This document shows, in pieces, positions 38,698 to 47,081 of a stretch of 47,081 nucleotides of DNA. The translations under genes were made by a program, and so were the position numbers. The DNA is from Acidimicrobiia bacterium (lineage in GTDB: Bacteria; Actinomycetota; Acidimicrobiia; Spongiisociales; Spongiisociaceae): contig VXRE01000002.1 of the NCBI GenBank assembly GCA_009838635.1, positions 17,607 through 64,687 on the forward strand. Reading direction: 5' to 3'. The notes beneath the pieces were generated by a model. That model saw nothing but the letters and a program-made list of their open reading frames with translations, ran no database searches and had not been told where the DNA came from. Numbering within the stretch: position 1 is the stretch's first letter; each line of letters starts with the position of its first letter.

Positions 38698-39795
38698 ATG
38701 GGATCGGGTCGCCGGGTCCGGGTGGGCGTGATCGGCGCCGGCTCCTGGGCGATCGCCAACCACATCCCGATCCTGGCCGCCCGGGACGATGTCGAGCTGG
38801 TGAGCGCCGTCCGTACCAACCGCGAGGCGCTGGCCATGCTGCGCGACAGGTTCGGCTTCGAACACGTCAGCCACGACTACCGGGAGGCGCTGGCGCTCGA
38901 CCCGGACGCGGTGGTCGTGGCCAGCCCGGCGGGGCTCCACTACGAGCATGTGAGGGCGGCGCTGCAGGCGGGCGCCCACGTGCTGTGCGAGAAGCCCTTC
39001 ACCACCGAACCGGACCACGCCTGGGAGCTCAATGGCATCGCCTCAGAACTCGGCCGTCACCTGGTCCTCGCGCTCGGCTGGAACTACCGTCCCACCGCCG
39101 TAGAGGCCAAGCGCCTGATGGAGGATCCCGGTGTCGGAGAAGTCCAGCACGTCCTGGTTGCCATGGCCTCCGGCCTGCGCGGGCTCCTCCACGGCACGGG
39201 GAGCTACCGGGGCCAGGATGCATTCTTCCGACCTGCCCAGGAGACCTGGACCGACCCCAGGCTGTCCGGCGGCGGGTACGCCCCGGCGGCCTTGAGCCAC
39301 GCCCTCGGGCTGGCGCTATGGCTCACCGGCCAGCGCGCCTCCGAGGTCTTCGCCTTCATGAACAACGAGGGCGCCGCCGTAGATCTTCATGACGCGATCA
39401 GCGTCCGGTTCCGCTCCGGAGCCACGGGCTCGATATCCGGGGCGTCCTCGCCACCAGGAGGGAGCGCGGTCGACCAGGAGGACGCCCCGTGGCCGCGTCA
39501 CCAGCTCCAGGTCCGGGTGTACGGGACGGAGGGCCATCTCGTGGCCGACCTGGAGCGGGACTTCCTGTGGCTCTTCCGCGACGACGGGAGGGATGTCAAG
39601 GTGGACCTGCCACCCCACGCCGGTCTCTACGGATGCGAGGACCCACCCGATGTGCTGATCGATCTGGCCCTCGGAAAGGCGGCGGAGAACCGATCTCCCG
39701 CTGACGTTGGAGCCAGGACCGTCGAGTTGCTGAGCGCCGCATACGAGAGCGCGAGCACCGGAGCCGTCGCTCAGGTGTCTTGGCAGGAGGCCTGA
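38698..39795 (+). CDS. Gfo/Idh/MocA oxidoreductase (paralog A)
   Basis: GVIGAG, VVASP..LH, HVLCEKP, SGGGY. Confidence 0.9.
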   Translation: MGSGRRVRVGVIGAGSWAIANHIPILAARDDVELVSAVRTNREALAMLRDRFGFEHVSHDYREALALDPDAVVVASPAGLHYEHVRAALQAGAHVLCEKPFTTEPDHAWELNGIASELGRHLVLALGWNYRPTAVEAKRLMEDPGVGEVQHVLVAMASGLRGLLHGTGSYRGQDAFFRPAQETWTDPRLSGGGYAPAALSHALGLALWLTGQRASEVFAFMNNEGAAVDLHDAISVRFRSGATGSISGASSPPGGSAVDQEDAPWPRHQLQVRVYGTEGHLVADLERDFLWLFRDDGRDVKVDLPPHAGLYGCEDPPDVLIDLALGKAAENRSPADVGARTVELLSAAYESASTGAVAQVSWQEA

Positions 39796-40850
39796 TGGAG
39801 TCATCGGAGGCGAACCTCGACACGTCGGAGCGGGTGAGGATCGCTTTCTTCGGTGTTGGCAGCGTCGCGACCGCGGCGTTGAACCTGTGCCGCCAACGCT
39901 CCTGGATGGCCGTCACCGCTGCCGTCCGTAGCCCTTCATCGGTTGCCGCCCTGCCGACCGCCGGCGCCTGGGCCGGCGTGGGGATCTGGACGGACCCGGA
40001 AGCCATGCTCGATGAGGCGCGCCCCGAAATCGCGCTCATAGCGACCAGGTCCGAACTCGACTCCGTACTTCCCCTGATCCGGCTGTGTGCCCGGAAGGGT
40101 GTTCACGTCGTAAGCACCAGCGAGGAACTCTCCTGGCCGGATGTGGAACTACCCGGAGCCGGCACCTCGCTGCAGCGCACCGCGGAGGAGTCCGGCGTGG
40201 TGATCGCGGCCGCCGGCATCAATCCCGGCTTCGCCTTCGACGTCCTCCCGCTCGTCCTGGCCGGGGCCGCCTGGGACGTCATGAAGATCGTCGTCCAGCG
40301 CACTCTCGATGCCTCGGTGTTCGGCCGGGAGGTGCACCGTTCGCTGGGCATCGGCTACAGCGAGGCCGAGTTCCGGAGTGCCGTCCGGTCCCGCAGGGTC
40401 CGCGGGCATATCGGCTTCGCGGAGAGTGCTCGCATCGTGGCGGACGGGGTGGGGTTGGAGATCGAGCAGTTCGAGGAGGAGATCGAACCGGTAATCGCCG
40501 ATCGTGTTCACAGCCTGGCCGGGTACACGATCGAGCCGCCCGAGACCGCGGGGGTCGTCCAGCTGGCCACGGCATGGGTCGGGGGACAGGAGTGGCTCCG
40601 CTTCGAACTCTCCCTGCACGTGGCTCCGGGCGAGGTCGGTTGGCAGACCCGCGACCGCATCCGGATCTACGGGGAGAACGAACTCGACCTGACGATGGAG
40701 CCGGGTATGCCGGCCGTTTCGACCACCGCGGCCCTGCTCGTCAATGCGGTTCCCGCCGTCCTGACGGCCCGGCCCGGCTTCTACCCCCCGGCGCGGCTAC
40801 AACCCACCACGCCGTGGTTGGCCCGTCGTCGGCCTCCGGGCAGGTCTTGA
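39795..40850 (+). CDS. 2,4-diaminopentanoate dehydrogenase/DapB-like NAD(P)H-dependent amine dehydrogenase family protein
   Basis: FFGVGSVA, VVSTSEEL, AGINPGFAFD, GHIGFAES, TAALLVNAVP.V..ARPG. TGA/ATG overlap with the upstream gene. Confidence 0.78.
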   Translation: MESSEANLDTSERVRIAFFGVGSVATAALNLCRQRSWMAVTAAVRSPSSVAALPTAGAWAGVGIWTDPEAMLDEARPEIALIATRSELDSVLPLIRLCARKGVHVVSTSEELSWPDVELPGAGTSLQRTAEESGVVIAAAGINPGFAFDVLPLVLAGAAWDVMKIVVQRTLDASVFGREVHRSLGIGYSEAEFRSAVRSRRVRGHIGFAESARIVADGVGLEIEQFEEEIEPVIADRVHSLAGYTIEPPETAGVVQLATAWVGGQEWLRFELSLHVAPGEVGWQTRDRIRIYGENELDLTMEPGMPAVSTTAALLVNAVPAVLTARPGFYPPARLQPTTPWLARRRPPGRS

Positions 40851-40881
40851 GGCCTGTACGGCCTCGGGGCCGTGCAGGTGT

Positions 40882-41196
40882 TCAGTCGAGGTGCCAGACC
40901 TCCTCGGCCCAGTAGAGGTTGCCGTCCTCGTCGACGAGGCTGAGGATCACATCCTCGAACCACTTCGACCAGCGGGCGTTCACCTCGGTGGGTCCGATCT
41001 TGCCGAAGGCGGTGGCGACGTCGGGGTGGGCCTCCACGTAGGCGATGACCTGGGTGCCGCGGCGGAACAGGCTGTAGTTCTTGAGCCCGGCCTTCTGGAT
41101 CTCCTCGACCAGCTCGGGCCAGATCTCATCGTGGCGCTTCTTGTACTCGTCGGCCTTGTCCGGATAGATCTCGAACGTGAAGCACGCTCGTTCCAT
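40882..41196 (-). CDS. rhaM: L-rhamnose mutarotase family protein
   Basis: EYKKRHDEIWPEL, NYSLF, VNARW, EEVWHLD. Confidence 0.85.
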   Translation of the reverse strand: MERACFTFEIYPDKADEYKKRHDEIWPELVEEIQKAGLKNYSLFRRGTQVIAYVEAHPDVATAFGKIGPTEVNARWSKWFEDVILSLVDEDGNLYWAEEVWHLD

Positions 41197-41387
41197 GGAA
41201 GCCTCCTCCTAACCGTCTGGGTGCTCGTTCGAATCTAGCAACTCCGGGACGCCGGCCGATACGTGCAGTGCCTGTACTTGCAGTGTCTGCTTTGGGGCCT
41301 GTCTGCCCGGTGCTCCGGGAATGTGACCGGCCGGGAGCCGCGATTATTGTTCGGAGGGCTCGGTGTCGACATCGGATTGGAGGGTTC

Positions 41388-42485
41388 ATGGGTGCGAACG
41401 ATCGGGTGCGGGTAGGTGTGATCGGCGCCGGTTCCTGGGCGGCGAGCAACCACATCCCCGTGCTTCAGGCGCGGGACGACGTGGAGCTGGTGGTAGCCGT
41501 TCGCAAGGGCTGGGATGCCCTTGAGATGCTGAAGGACCGCTTTGGCTTCGAGCACATCACCGAGGACTACCGGGAGGCGCTCGAGCATGATCTGGACGCG
41601 GTGGTGGTCGGGAGCCCGTCGGTGTTCCACCACGAGCACGCCAAGGCCGCCATGGAGGCCGGCGCCAACGTCCTATGCGAGAAGCCGGTCACCATCGATC
41701 CCGCCGAAGCCTGGGATCTCGATGCCACGGCCAAGGCGCTGGGCCGGCATCTGGTCATCTCGTTCGGCTGGCACTACCGGCCGACCGTCATCGAGGCCAA
41801 GCGCATGATGACCGAGGACGGCGGGGTAGGGGACATCGAGCACATCCTGGTGGCGATGGCCTCCGGAACCAGGGAACTGCTGAAGGCCACCGGCGCCTAC
41901 GAGGGCTCGGCCTCCGACTTCATGCCCGATTGGGACACCTGGACCGACCCGGCCATGTCCGGAGGAGGCTATGCCCCCGCGCAGCTGAGCCACGCCATGG
42001 GCCTGGCCCTCTGGCTGAGCGGCGAGCGGGCCAAGGATGTATTCGCCCTGATGAACAACGTGGGCGCCCGGGTCGACCTGCACGACGCGATCAGCATCCG
42101 CTACCAGTCCGGCGCCACCGGGGTCCTGAGCGGCGCCAGCTGCCCCAGCCAGGCAGGTATCGGCGACATCGCCGACGAGCCGTGGCCCCGCCACCAGCTG
42201 CAGGTGCGCTTCTACGGCTCCGAAGGACAGCTGATCGTGGATCTGGAGCGGGACTTCCTCTGGCACTTCCGCGAGGACGGGGTCGATGCCAAGCCCGAGC
42301 TGCCCGACCACGCCGGGCTGTACCAGTGCGACGGCCCGCCCAGCACGCTGATCGACCTCACCCAGGGCAAGGACGTGCCCAACCGGTCACCGGCAGAGGT
42401 AGGCGCCAGGTCCGTCGAGGTGGTGGCGGCCGCCTACGAGAGCCTCAGGACGGGAGGATTGGCCAGGGTCTCCGGCGTCGAGTAG
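41388..42485 (+). CDS. Gfo/Idh/MocA oxidoreductase (paralog B)
   Basis: GVIGAG, NVLCEKP, SGGGY. ATG 41388 follows GGAGGG. Close paralog of 38698-39795. Confidence 0.9.
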   Translation: MGANDRVRVGVIGAGSWAASNHIPVLQARDDVELVVAVRKGWDALEMLKDRFGFEHITEDYREALEHDLDAVVVGSPSVFHHEHAKAAMEAGANVLCEKPVTIDPAEAWDLDATAKALGRHLVISFGWHYRPTVIEAKRMMTEDGGVGDIEHILVAMASGTRELLKATGAYEGSASDFMPDWDTWTDPAMSGGGYAPAQLSHAMGLALWLSGERAKDVFALMNNVGARVDLHDAISIRYQSGATGVLSGASCPSQAGIGDIADEPWPRHQLQVRFYGSEGQLIVDLERDFLWHFREDGVDAKPELPDHAGLYQCDGPPSTLIDLTQGKDVPNRSPAEVGARSVEVVAAAYESLRTGGLARVSGVE

Positions 42486-42506
42486 CGGCCTTCCACAGAC
42501 CCTGCC

Positions 42507-43361
42507 ATGAGGGTCGGGATCGACACCTACTCGTACCATCGCTTCTTCGGCGAGATAAGGGAGGGTGAGGAGGATCCCGGAACCCGCTGGACGACCTGGG
42601 ACTTCCTCGACCGGGCTGCCGAACTCCGCGTGGCAGGGGTCAGCCTGGAGACTTGCTACCTGGATCTCGATGATCCGGTTTTCCGGGATCGTCTGGCCCT
42701 GGCCTTGGACGAGGCCGGCCTCGAGGCCGTGCTGGCCTGGGGCCATCCCGGAGGCCTGGAGATGGGTAAGTCCGCCGAGAGGCTCGATGACCTCCTCCGG
42801 GTCATCGACCACGCCACAGCCATGGGGGTGCATCTGGTGCGGCTGGTGGTCGGCACCTTCACCCACTGGGGAAAGGAGCCGCCACATGTCTCGCTGGGAA
42901 GACTCGTCCCCCGGGTGACCGCAGCCTGCCGTCACGCCGCCGAGCAAGGAATCCGGCTGGCGATCGAGACCCACACGGCCCTGCCGGTCGAAGCCCTGGC
43001 CGACCTCGTGCGCCGGGTCGAAGCCCCCAACCTCGGCGTGGTGCTCGACACGGCCAACGTGGTCCGGGTAGGCAGCGATCTGGTGGAAGCCACCCGCTTG
43101 CTGGCGCCCTTGACCGACATGGTGCACATGAAGGACTTGGATCTCTCGGAAGCCGGGTTCGGCGACCCGGGAGGATGGTGGCCGTGCACTTCGCTCGGGG
43201 CGGGCGATCTAGACCTTCAAGGCGTGCTGGCAGGACTACGGTCGGTGGAGTTCGACGGTCTGATGTGTGTCGAACTGGCCACGCTCCCGCCCGGAAGCGA
43301 CGAAGACCGCATGGTCGCCGAGAGCGTCGCCTGGATACGCGAGGCTATCCGGCTCGCGTAG
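42507..43361 (+). CDS. Sugar-phosphate isomerase/epimerase (xylose-isomerase-like TIM barrel)
   Basis: LAIETH, LDTAN, VHMKD, LGAG..D, MCVE. Confidence 0.85.
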   Translation: MRVGIDTYSYHRFFGEIREGEEDPGTRWTTWDFLDRAAELRVAGVSLETCYLDLDDPVFRDRLALALDEAGLEAVLAWGHPGGLEMGKSAERLDDLLRVIDHATAMGVHLVRLVVGTFTHWGKEPPHVSLGRLVPRVTAACRHAAEQGIRLAIETHTALPVEALADLVRRVEAPNLGVVLDTANVVRVGSDLVEATRLLAPLTDMVHMKDLDLSEAGFGDPGGWWPCTSLGAGDLDLQGVLAGLRSVEFDGLMCVELATLPPGSDEDRMVAESVAWIREAIRLA

Positions 43362-43651
43362 TCGGTCAAAGGTCGTTACGGGTCCGACGCGGACGCCGTG
43401 GCGGCGCTCGGCGAGCCGCCGCGACACACCAGATCCACGAGGTCGGCGAGCACAGGCGACTGTCGCCATCGAGTAGGGCGCCGGGAGCAGTTGCAAGTGC
43501 GGAGTCATGTGGAGTGTAAGTGTTGGGTTATGGCGCCTGCGAGTGACTTGTGCGCCCTTGGCCGAGGTCAAGCGTCTTCTACCGCGTAGCGCAGCGCGTT
43601 GACCACCGTCGGTTGAAAGCAGGCGGCGCACAGGAAGCGCCGCTCCAGGCA

Positions 43652-43683
43652 TTGACATAAGAATGAGAATCATTATCATTATG
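43652..43683 (+). promoter_or_regulatory. SigA promoter overlapped by a Fur-family (Fur/Zur) operator
   Basis: TTGACA (43652-57) with TATCAT (43674-79). 7-1-7 palindrome TGAGAAT-C-ATTATCA (43664-78). 43659-77 matches the classical Fur box GATAATGATAATCATTATC at 16/19. Confidence 0.8.
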
Positions 43684-43714
43684 GGAGCGACTATTGAAAG
43701 GGCACCACTTCACC

Positions 43715-44830
43715 ATGGCCAATCTGAGACTCTTCGAGTTCCTGTCCCCACGGAGCATCCGGGTCGGCGTCGTGGTTGCGGCACTATTCCTGGTAGCGAC
43801 CGCATGCGGTGGCGAGGACGCGGGCGACACCACGGCGGCCACAACCACCACCGCGGCCACAACCACCACCTCCGCGCCCCCTGCAACCGAGGAGCACGAG
43901 GACGAGGACGACCACGAGCACGAAGAGGACGACCACGAGCACGAGGACGAGCCCATGACCCTCACGGTCACGGATGGAAGCGGGCGCCAGATCACACTCG
44001 ACAGTCCTGCCGAGCGGGTCCTGTGCGTGCAGGACAACTGCACCGACCTGACCTCCGACCTGGGGATCGTGCCTGTCGCCCAGCATCGAGGCGATGGTTG
44101 GGGTAGTGCCGCCGCCTACTACGGGGACGGAGCTGCTGACATTCCGGTGCTCGGTGATCGTATGTCCGTGGAGGAAGTCGCCCAGTTCGAGCCCGACCTG
44201 ATCATCGGACGGGTCGGTGAGGAAGAGGTCCGGGACGCGCTCGAAGTCGTCGCCCCGGTGTATCTGGTCGATATCGGCGGCGTCGAGACTCTCAAGGAGG
44301 GATGGATCGATGTGGGCATCCTCACGGGCAGGGAAGAAGAGGCGACCGCGGCCATCGCCAGGTTCGAGGCCAACGTCGCAGCCTTGGCGGCCGATCTTCC
44401 CGCCGGAGCCGTGGACACCCGGGTGGCCGTCGGATTCGGAGACACCAACTGGATGATCTGGGACTCGTCCTCGTTCTGCGAGTTCCTCCATTCCGAGGGG
44501 GCCGGGACGTGTGCCTTCCCGGACCAGGGCGAATCCGAATACGGATCCCCGGACAGCGAGTTCTCCTGGGAGTTCATCGTGGAGACGGATCCAGAGGTCT
44601 GGGTGATGATCACCTGGCCCGGAAGCGCCCGCTACGACACGGTCACCCAGGAAGTGTGGCTCAACACCACCGCCCACCGCGAAGGCCGGGTGTGTGAGGA
44701 GGACTCGGCGGGTGCCTTCGGTCACGGGCTGCTGATGCTCCAGTGGGCTTACCAGTGCTACCTGAATGCCGGCTGGCCCGCCATCTACGACCATCCAGGA
44801 GATCTATCGGTGTGGATGCCTGCTGCCTAG
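43715..44830 (+). CDS. Metal-chelate ABC transporter substrate-binding lipoprotein (FecB/FhuD type) with His/acidic linker
   Basis: Lipobox VATA-C, Thr-rich and HEDEDDHEHEEDDHEHEDE linker, VTDGSGRQITL..PAERV, SVEEVAQFEPDLII. Confidence 0.88.
   Translation: MANLRLFEFLSPRSIRVGVVVAALFLVATACGGEDAGDTTAATTTTAATTTTSAPPATEEHEDEDDHEHEEDDHEHEDEPMTLTVTDGSGRQITLDSPAERVLCVQDNCTDLTSDLGIVPVAQHRGDGWGSAAAYYGDGAADIPVLGDRMSVEEVAQFEPDLIIGRVGEEEVRDALEVVAPVYLVDIGGVETLKEGWIDVGILTGREEEATAAIARFEANVAALAADLPAGAVDTRVAVGFGDTNWMIWDSSSFCEFLHSEGAGTCAFPDQGESEYGSPDSEFSWEFIVETDPEVWVMITWPGSARYDTVTQEVWLNTTAHREGRVCEEDSAGAFGHGLLMLQWAYQCYLNAGWPAIYDHPGDLSVWMPAA
43835..43945 (+). repeat. Short in-frame tandem repeats building the lipoprotein linker
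   Basis: Exact 18-bp x2 GCGGCCACAACCACCACC (43835-70) and 21-bp-period x2 GAGGACGACCACGAGCACGA (43904-23, 43925-44). Confidence 0.85.
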
Positions 44831-44858
44831 GTGGGATCACCCCGGGGGGCAAGCCTGT

Positions 44859-44893
44859 TAGGGGAGGGTCGTCGGTCTCTCGACCCTCCCCTA
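44859..44893 (+). terminator. Perfect 13-bp stem-loop between SBP and permease genes (partial terminator or mRNA stabiliser)
   Basis: TAGGGGAGGGTCG, 9-nt loop, CGACCCTCCCCTA. No strong U tract. Confidence 0.6.
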
Positions 44894-45083
44894 GCTCCGA
44901 CTATTCCTGTTCCTGGTTCTTCGACGCGGACAAGGCCACGTCAAGCACATCACTTGCGAAGTAGCCACCCTTCACCCGGCGGTTGGTTTCACACCGGCCG
45001 GGAGGATAGGGCTGCCAGAATGCCTGTAACCCCAGGTCAGGAGTAAGGAGCACCCATCCCCGTCACCCCACAAACCCCTATCC

Positions 45084-46139
45084 ATGAATGATCGGGGCTT
45101 GCTGAGGAGGCGTTCCCTGTTCCGTAGCAGGTGGGCGCGGGCTGCCATCGTGGTGCTCCTCATCGCCTGCCTGTGCGCAGCGGTGGCCGTGGTGTCACTC
45201 ATGCAGGGAACCCCCGACCTGTCGGTCGGGCAGGTACTGGACGCACTGTCCGGCTCGGGCACGTCCGAGGGAAACCAGCGGTTCATCGTCCAGAACCTCC
45301 GGCTTCCGAGAGTGATCGGCGGACTGGTGGCCGGTGGGATGCTCGGCGTTTCGGGCGCGGTGATGCAGGACACACTCCGGAACCCTCTCGCCGGTCCTGA
45401 GCTGATCGGCGTGTCGGCAGGAGCCTCGCTGGCAGTCGCCACCATCGTCGCCTTCCGGCTCCCGTTTCCGGGTATCGCCCTGCCGCTGGCCGCTCTTGCG
45501 GCCGGGCTGGCTACGGGAACGTTGATCCTGTCGTTGGTGAGCCTCAAGAGCAACCCCATGCGCATGCTGCTGGCGGGAGCAGCGTTCACGGCCCTGCTGA
45601 ACGCGCTGGTGATAGCGGTCATAACGCTTGCTCCCAACTTCGGAGGAGTCTCGATCATCTACCGTTTTCTGGTCGGGAGTCTCTCCGACGTTCAATGGGA
45701 GGAGGTGCGCTTGGTGGCCCCCTGGACAATTGCTCTGCCGGTTGTCTTCCTCCTCGCCGGGAGGCCTCTGAACATCCTGGCCTTGGGTGACGAGATGGCC
45801 GAAGGCCTCGGTGTCGGCGTCCGGCGTACCAGGGCGCTTCTCTTCGCCGCGGCGGTCCTGCTGGTGGCGCCGGTGGTCGCTATTGCGGGTCCGATCGGAT
45901 TCGTGGCGCTCATCTCGCCCCACATCGTGCGCAGGCTGCTGCGGACTTCGGACGCCCGGGTCGTCCTCCCCGTTTCCGCCGCGGTGGGAGCGATCCTCGT
46001 TGTCAGCGCCGACATGGCTGCCCGGCTCGCCCTCCATCCGCACGAGATCGCCGTCGGTCTGTGGACGGTCGTGCTCGGCGCCCCGGCATTACTGGTGCTC
46101 ATGCAAAGAGGGCTAGTACGGCGAAGGGCCGTTCCTTGA
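45084..46139 (+). CDS. FecCD-family ABC permease
   Basis: LRLPRV, GAVMQDTLRNPLAGPELIGVSAGA, LNILALGDEMAEGLGV, GPIGFVALISPHIVR. Confidence 0.93.
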   Translation: MNDRGLLRRRSLFRSRWARAAIVVLLIACLCAAVAVVSLMQGTPDLSVGQVLDALSGSGTSEGNQRFIVQNLRLPRVIGGLVAGGMLGVSGAVMQDTLRNPLAGPELIGVSAGASLAVATIVAFRLPFPGIALPLAALAAGLATGTLILSLVSLKSNPMRMLLAGAAFTALLNALVIAVITLAPNFGGVSIIYRFLVGSLSDVQWEEVRLVAPWTIALPVVFLLAGRPLNILALGDEMAEGLGVGVRRTRALLFAAAVLLVAPVVAIAGPIGFVALISPHIVRRLLRTSDARVVLPVSAAVGAILVVSADMAARLALHPHEIAVGLWTVVLGAPALLVLMQRGLVRRRAVP

Positions 46140-47081
46140 CCGTCACCGCCACCGTCGACCGGCGCGGGAAAACCGGCGTCACTCCGGAGGTCCGGACCCG
46201 GCAGGTACTGGTGGCGCTCGGCGCGTTGCTCCTGGCCGTGATGTTCGCCTACGTGATGCTGGGCCCGGTCGTCTTCGGTCCCGATCTCGTCCTCAAGGCG
46301 CTGATCGATCAGGCGGAGGAGCTTCACCACCGTATCTCGGTGTGGGAGGTACGAGTGCCCCGTGTCCTGATCGCCGCGCTGGCCGGGGCGATGCTGTCCT
46401 CGTCCGGGGCGCTGCTCCAGTCGGTTCTCCGGAATCCCCTGGCCGCTCCCGCGACAGTCGGGGTGACGCAGGGCGCCGTCCTGGGTGCGGTCCTGGCGCT
46501 GGTGATCACCTTCGGGTCGGAGGGGGCGCTGAACGATCTGAACGCCCTGGTACCGCTGGGGGCGATTGCGGGTGGTCTGGCAGCTGGAGCCGTCGTCTAC
46601 GGGCTCAGCTACCGCCGCGCCGGCACCGATCCCATCCGGCTCATACTGACCGGAGTGGTCGTTGCCGCCGCACTCTCGTCGGTCACGTCGTTCATGGTCC
46701 TGATCTCGGGTAGCCACATCGACTCGATCGTCAGGTGGCTGGTGGGATCGCTGAGCACGCGGACGTGGGACCACCTGGTCTTCCTGGTACCCGTTGCGGC
46801 GCTGGCCCTTCCTCTCGTGGTGCTGGTCATACCGCTGGCCAATGCGCTCCAGCTGGGAGACAGCACGTCGGTGAGCCTCGGACTGCGTTCCGAGTTGGCC
46901 CGCGCGTTCATCCTCATGACCGCGGTCGTGCTGGCGGCCGGATCGGTGTCCGTGGTCGGTGGTATCGCCTTCCTGGGCCTCATCGGCCCTCACCTGGCTC
47001 GCACGCTGGTGGGCTCGGACCTGCGGAGGCTGCTGGTCTGTTCCGCTCTGGTGGGCGCCGTCATTCTCGTGGCCGCCGACC
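46136..47081 (+). CDS. Second FecCD-family ABC permease (3' end outside window)
   Basis: Not in the ORF track. TTG 46136 overlaps the upstream TGA. Manual translation contains VRVPRVLIAALAGAMLSSSGALLQSVLRNPLA and GGIAFLGLIGPHLAR. Confidence 0.9.
   Translation, partial: MTVTATVDRRGKTGVTPEVRTRQVLVALGALLLAVMFAYVMLGPVVFGPDLVLKALIDQAEELHHRISVWEVRVPRVLIAALAGAMLSSSGALLQSVLRNPLAAPATVGVTQGAVLGAVLALVITFGSEGALNDLNALVPLGAIAGGLAAGAVVYGLSYRRAGTDPIRLILTGVVVAAALSSVTSFMVLISGSHIDSIVRWLVGSLSTRTWDHLVFLVPVAALALPLVVLVIPLANALQLGDSTSVSLGLRSELARAFILMTAVVLAAGSVSVVGGIAFLGLIGPHLARTLVGSDLRRLLVCSALVGAVILVAAD

Noticed and set aside
43475-43560. G/T-rich intergenic patch, possible repeat remnant
   Set aside because: No second copy or clear inverted repeat in the window.
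1-47081. CRISPR array, prophage, integrase, transposase, rRNA or tRNA
   Set aside because: No repeat-spacer periodicity or corresponding motifs were seen by eye.

Overview
High-GC bacterial chromosome, probably Actinomycetota and possibly Acidimicrobiia (inferred from leaderless TAnnnT-N6-start promoters, a MazEF5-like module, SigH/HspR-like signals at clpB and Thr-rich lipoprotein linkers). The first ~13 kb is housekeeping: pyrE (partial), an SLH/Ig-like surface protein, nfo, clpB, alpha/beta hydrolase plus membrane-anchored MurF, and divergent pncB/pncA. The 533-bp murF-pncB gap holds the best novel candidate: an unannotated ~285-nt structured RNA with its own SigA-type promoter, a long 5'/3' rod and three hairpins, with G-U wobbles that all point to the + strand (possibly Ms1/6S-like). 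About 13-43.4 kb looks like a catabolic island for an unknown sugar, cyclitol or amino-sugar. Many genes there come as paralogous pairs and several have non-canonical active sites. It also contains MazEF, an unlisted 59-aa TM/coiled-coil gene, a 168-bp MITE-like element, and a sugar-binding protein built from an apparently exact 924-bp-period duplication whose codons alone are strongly G/T-skewed. The window ends in a FecB/FecCD-type metal-chelate ABC importer behind a Fur/Zur-type box. No tRNA, rRNA, CRISPR array or transposase was seen. All calls are by eye; no searches were run.
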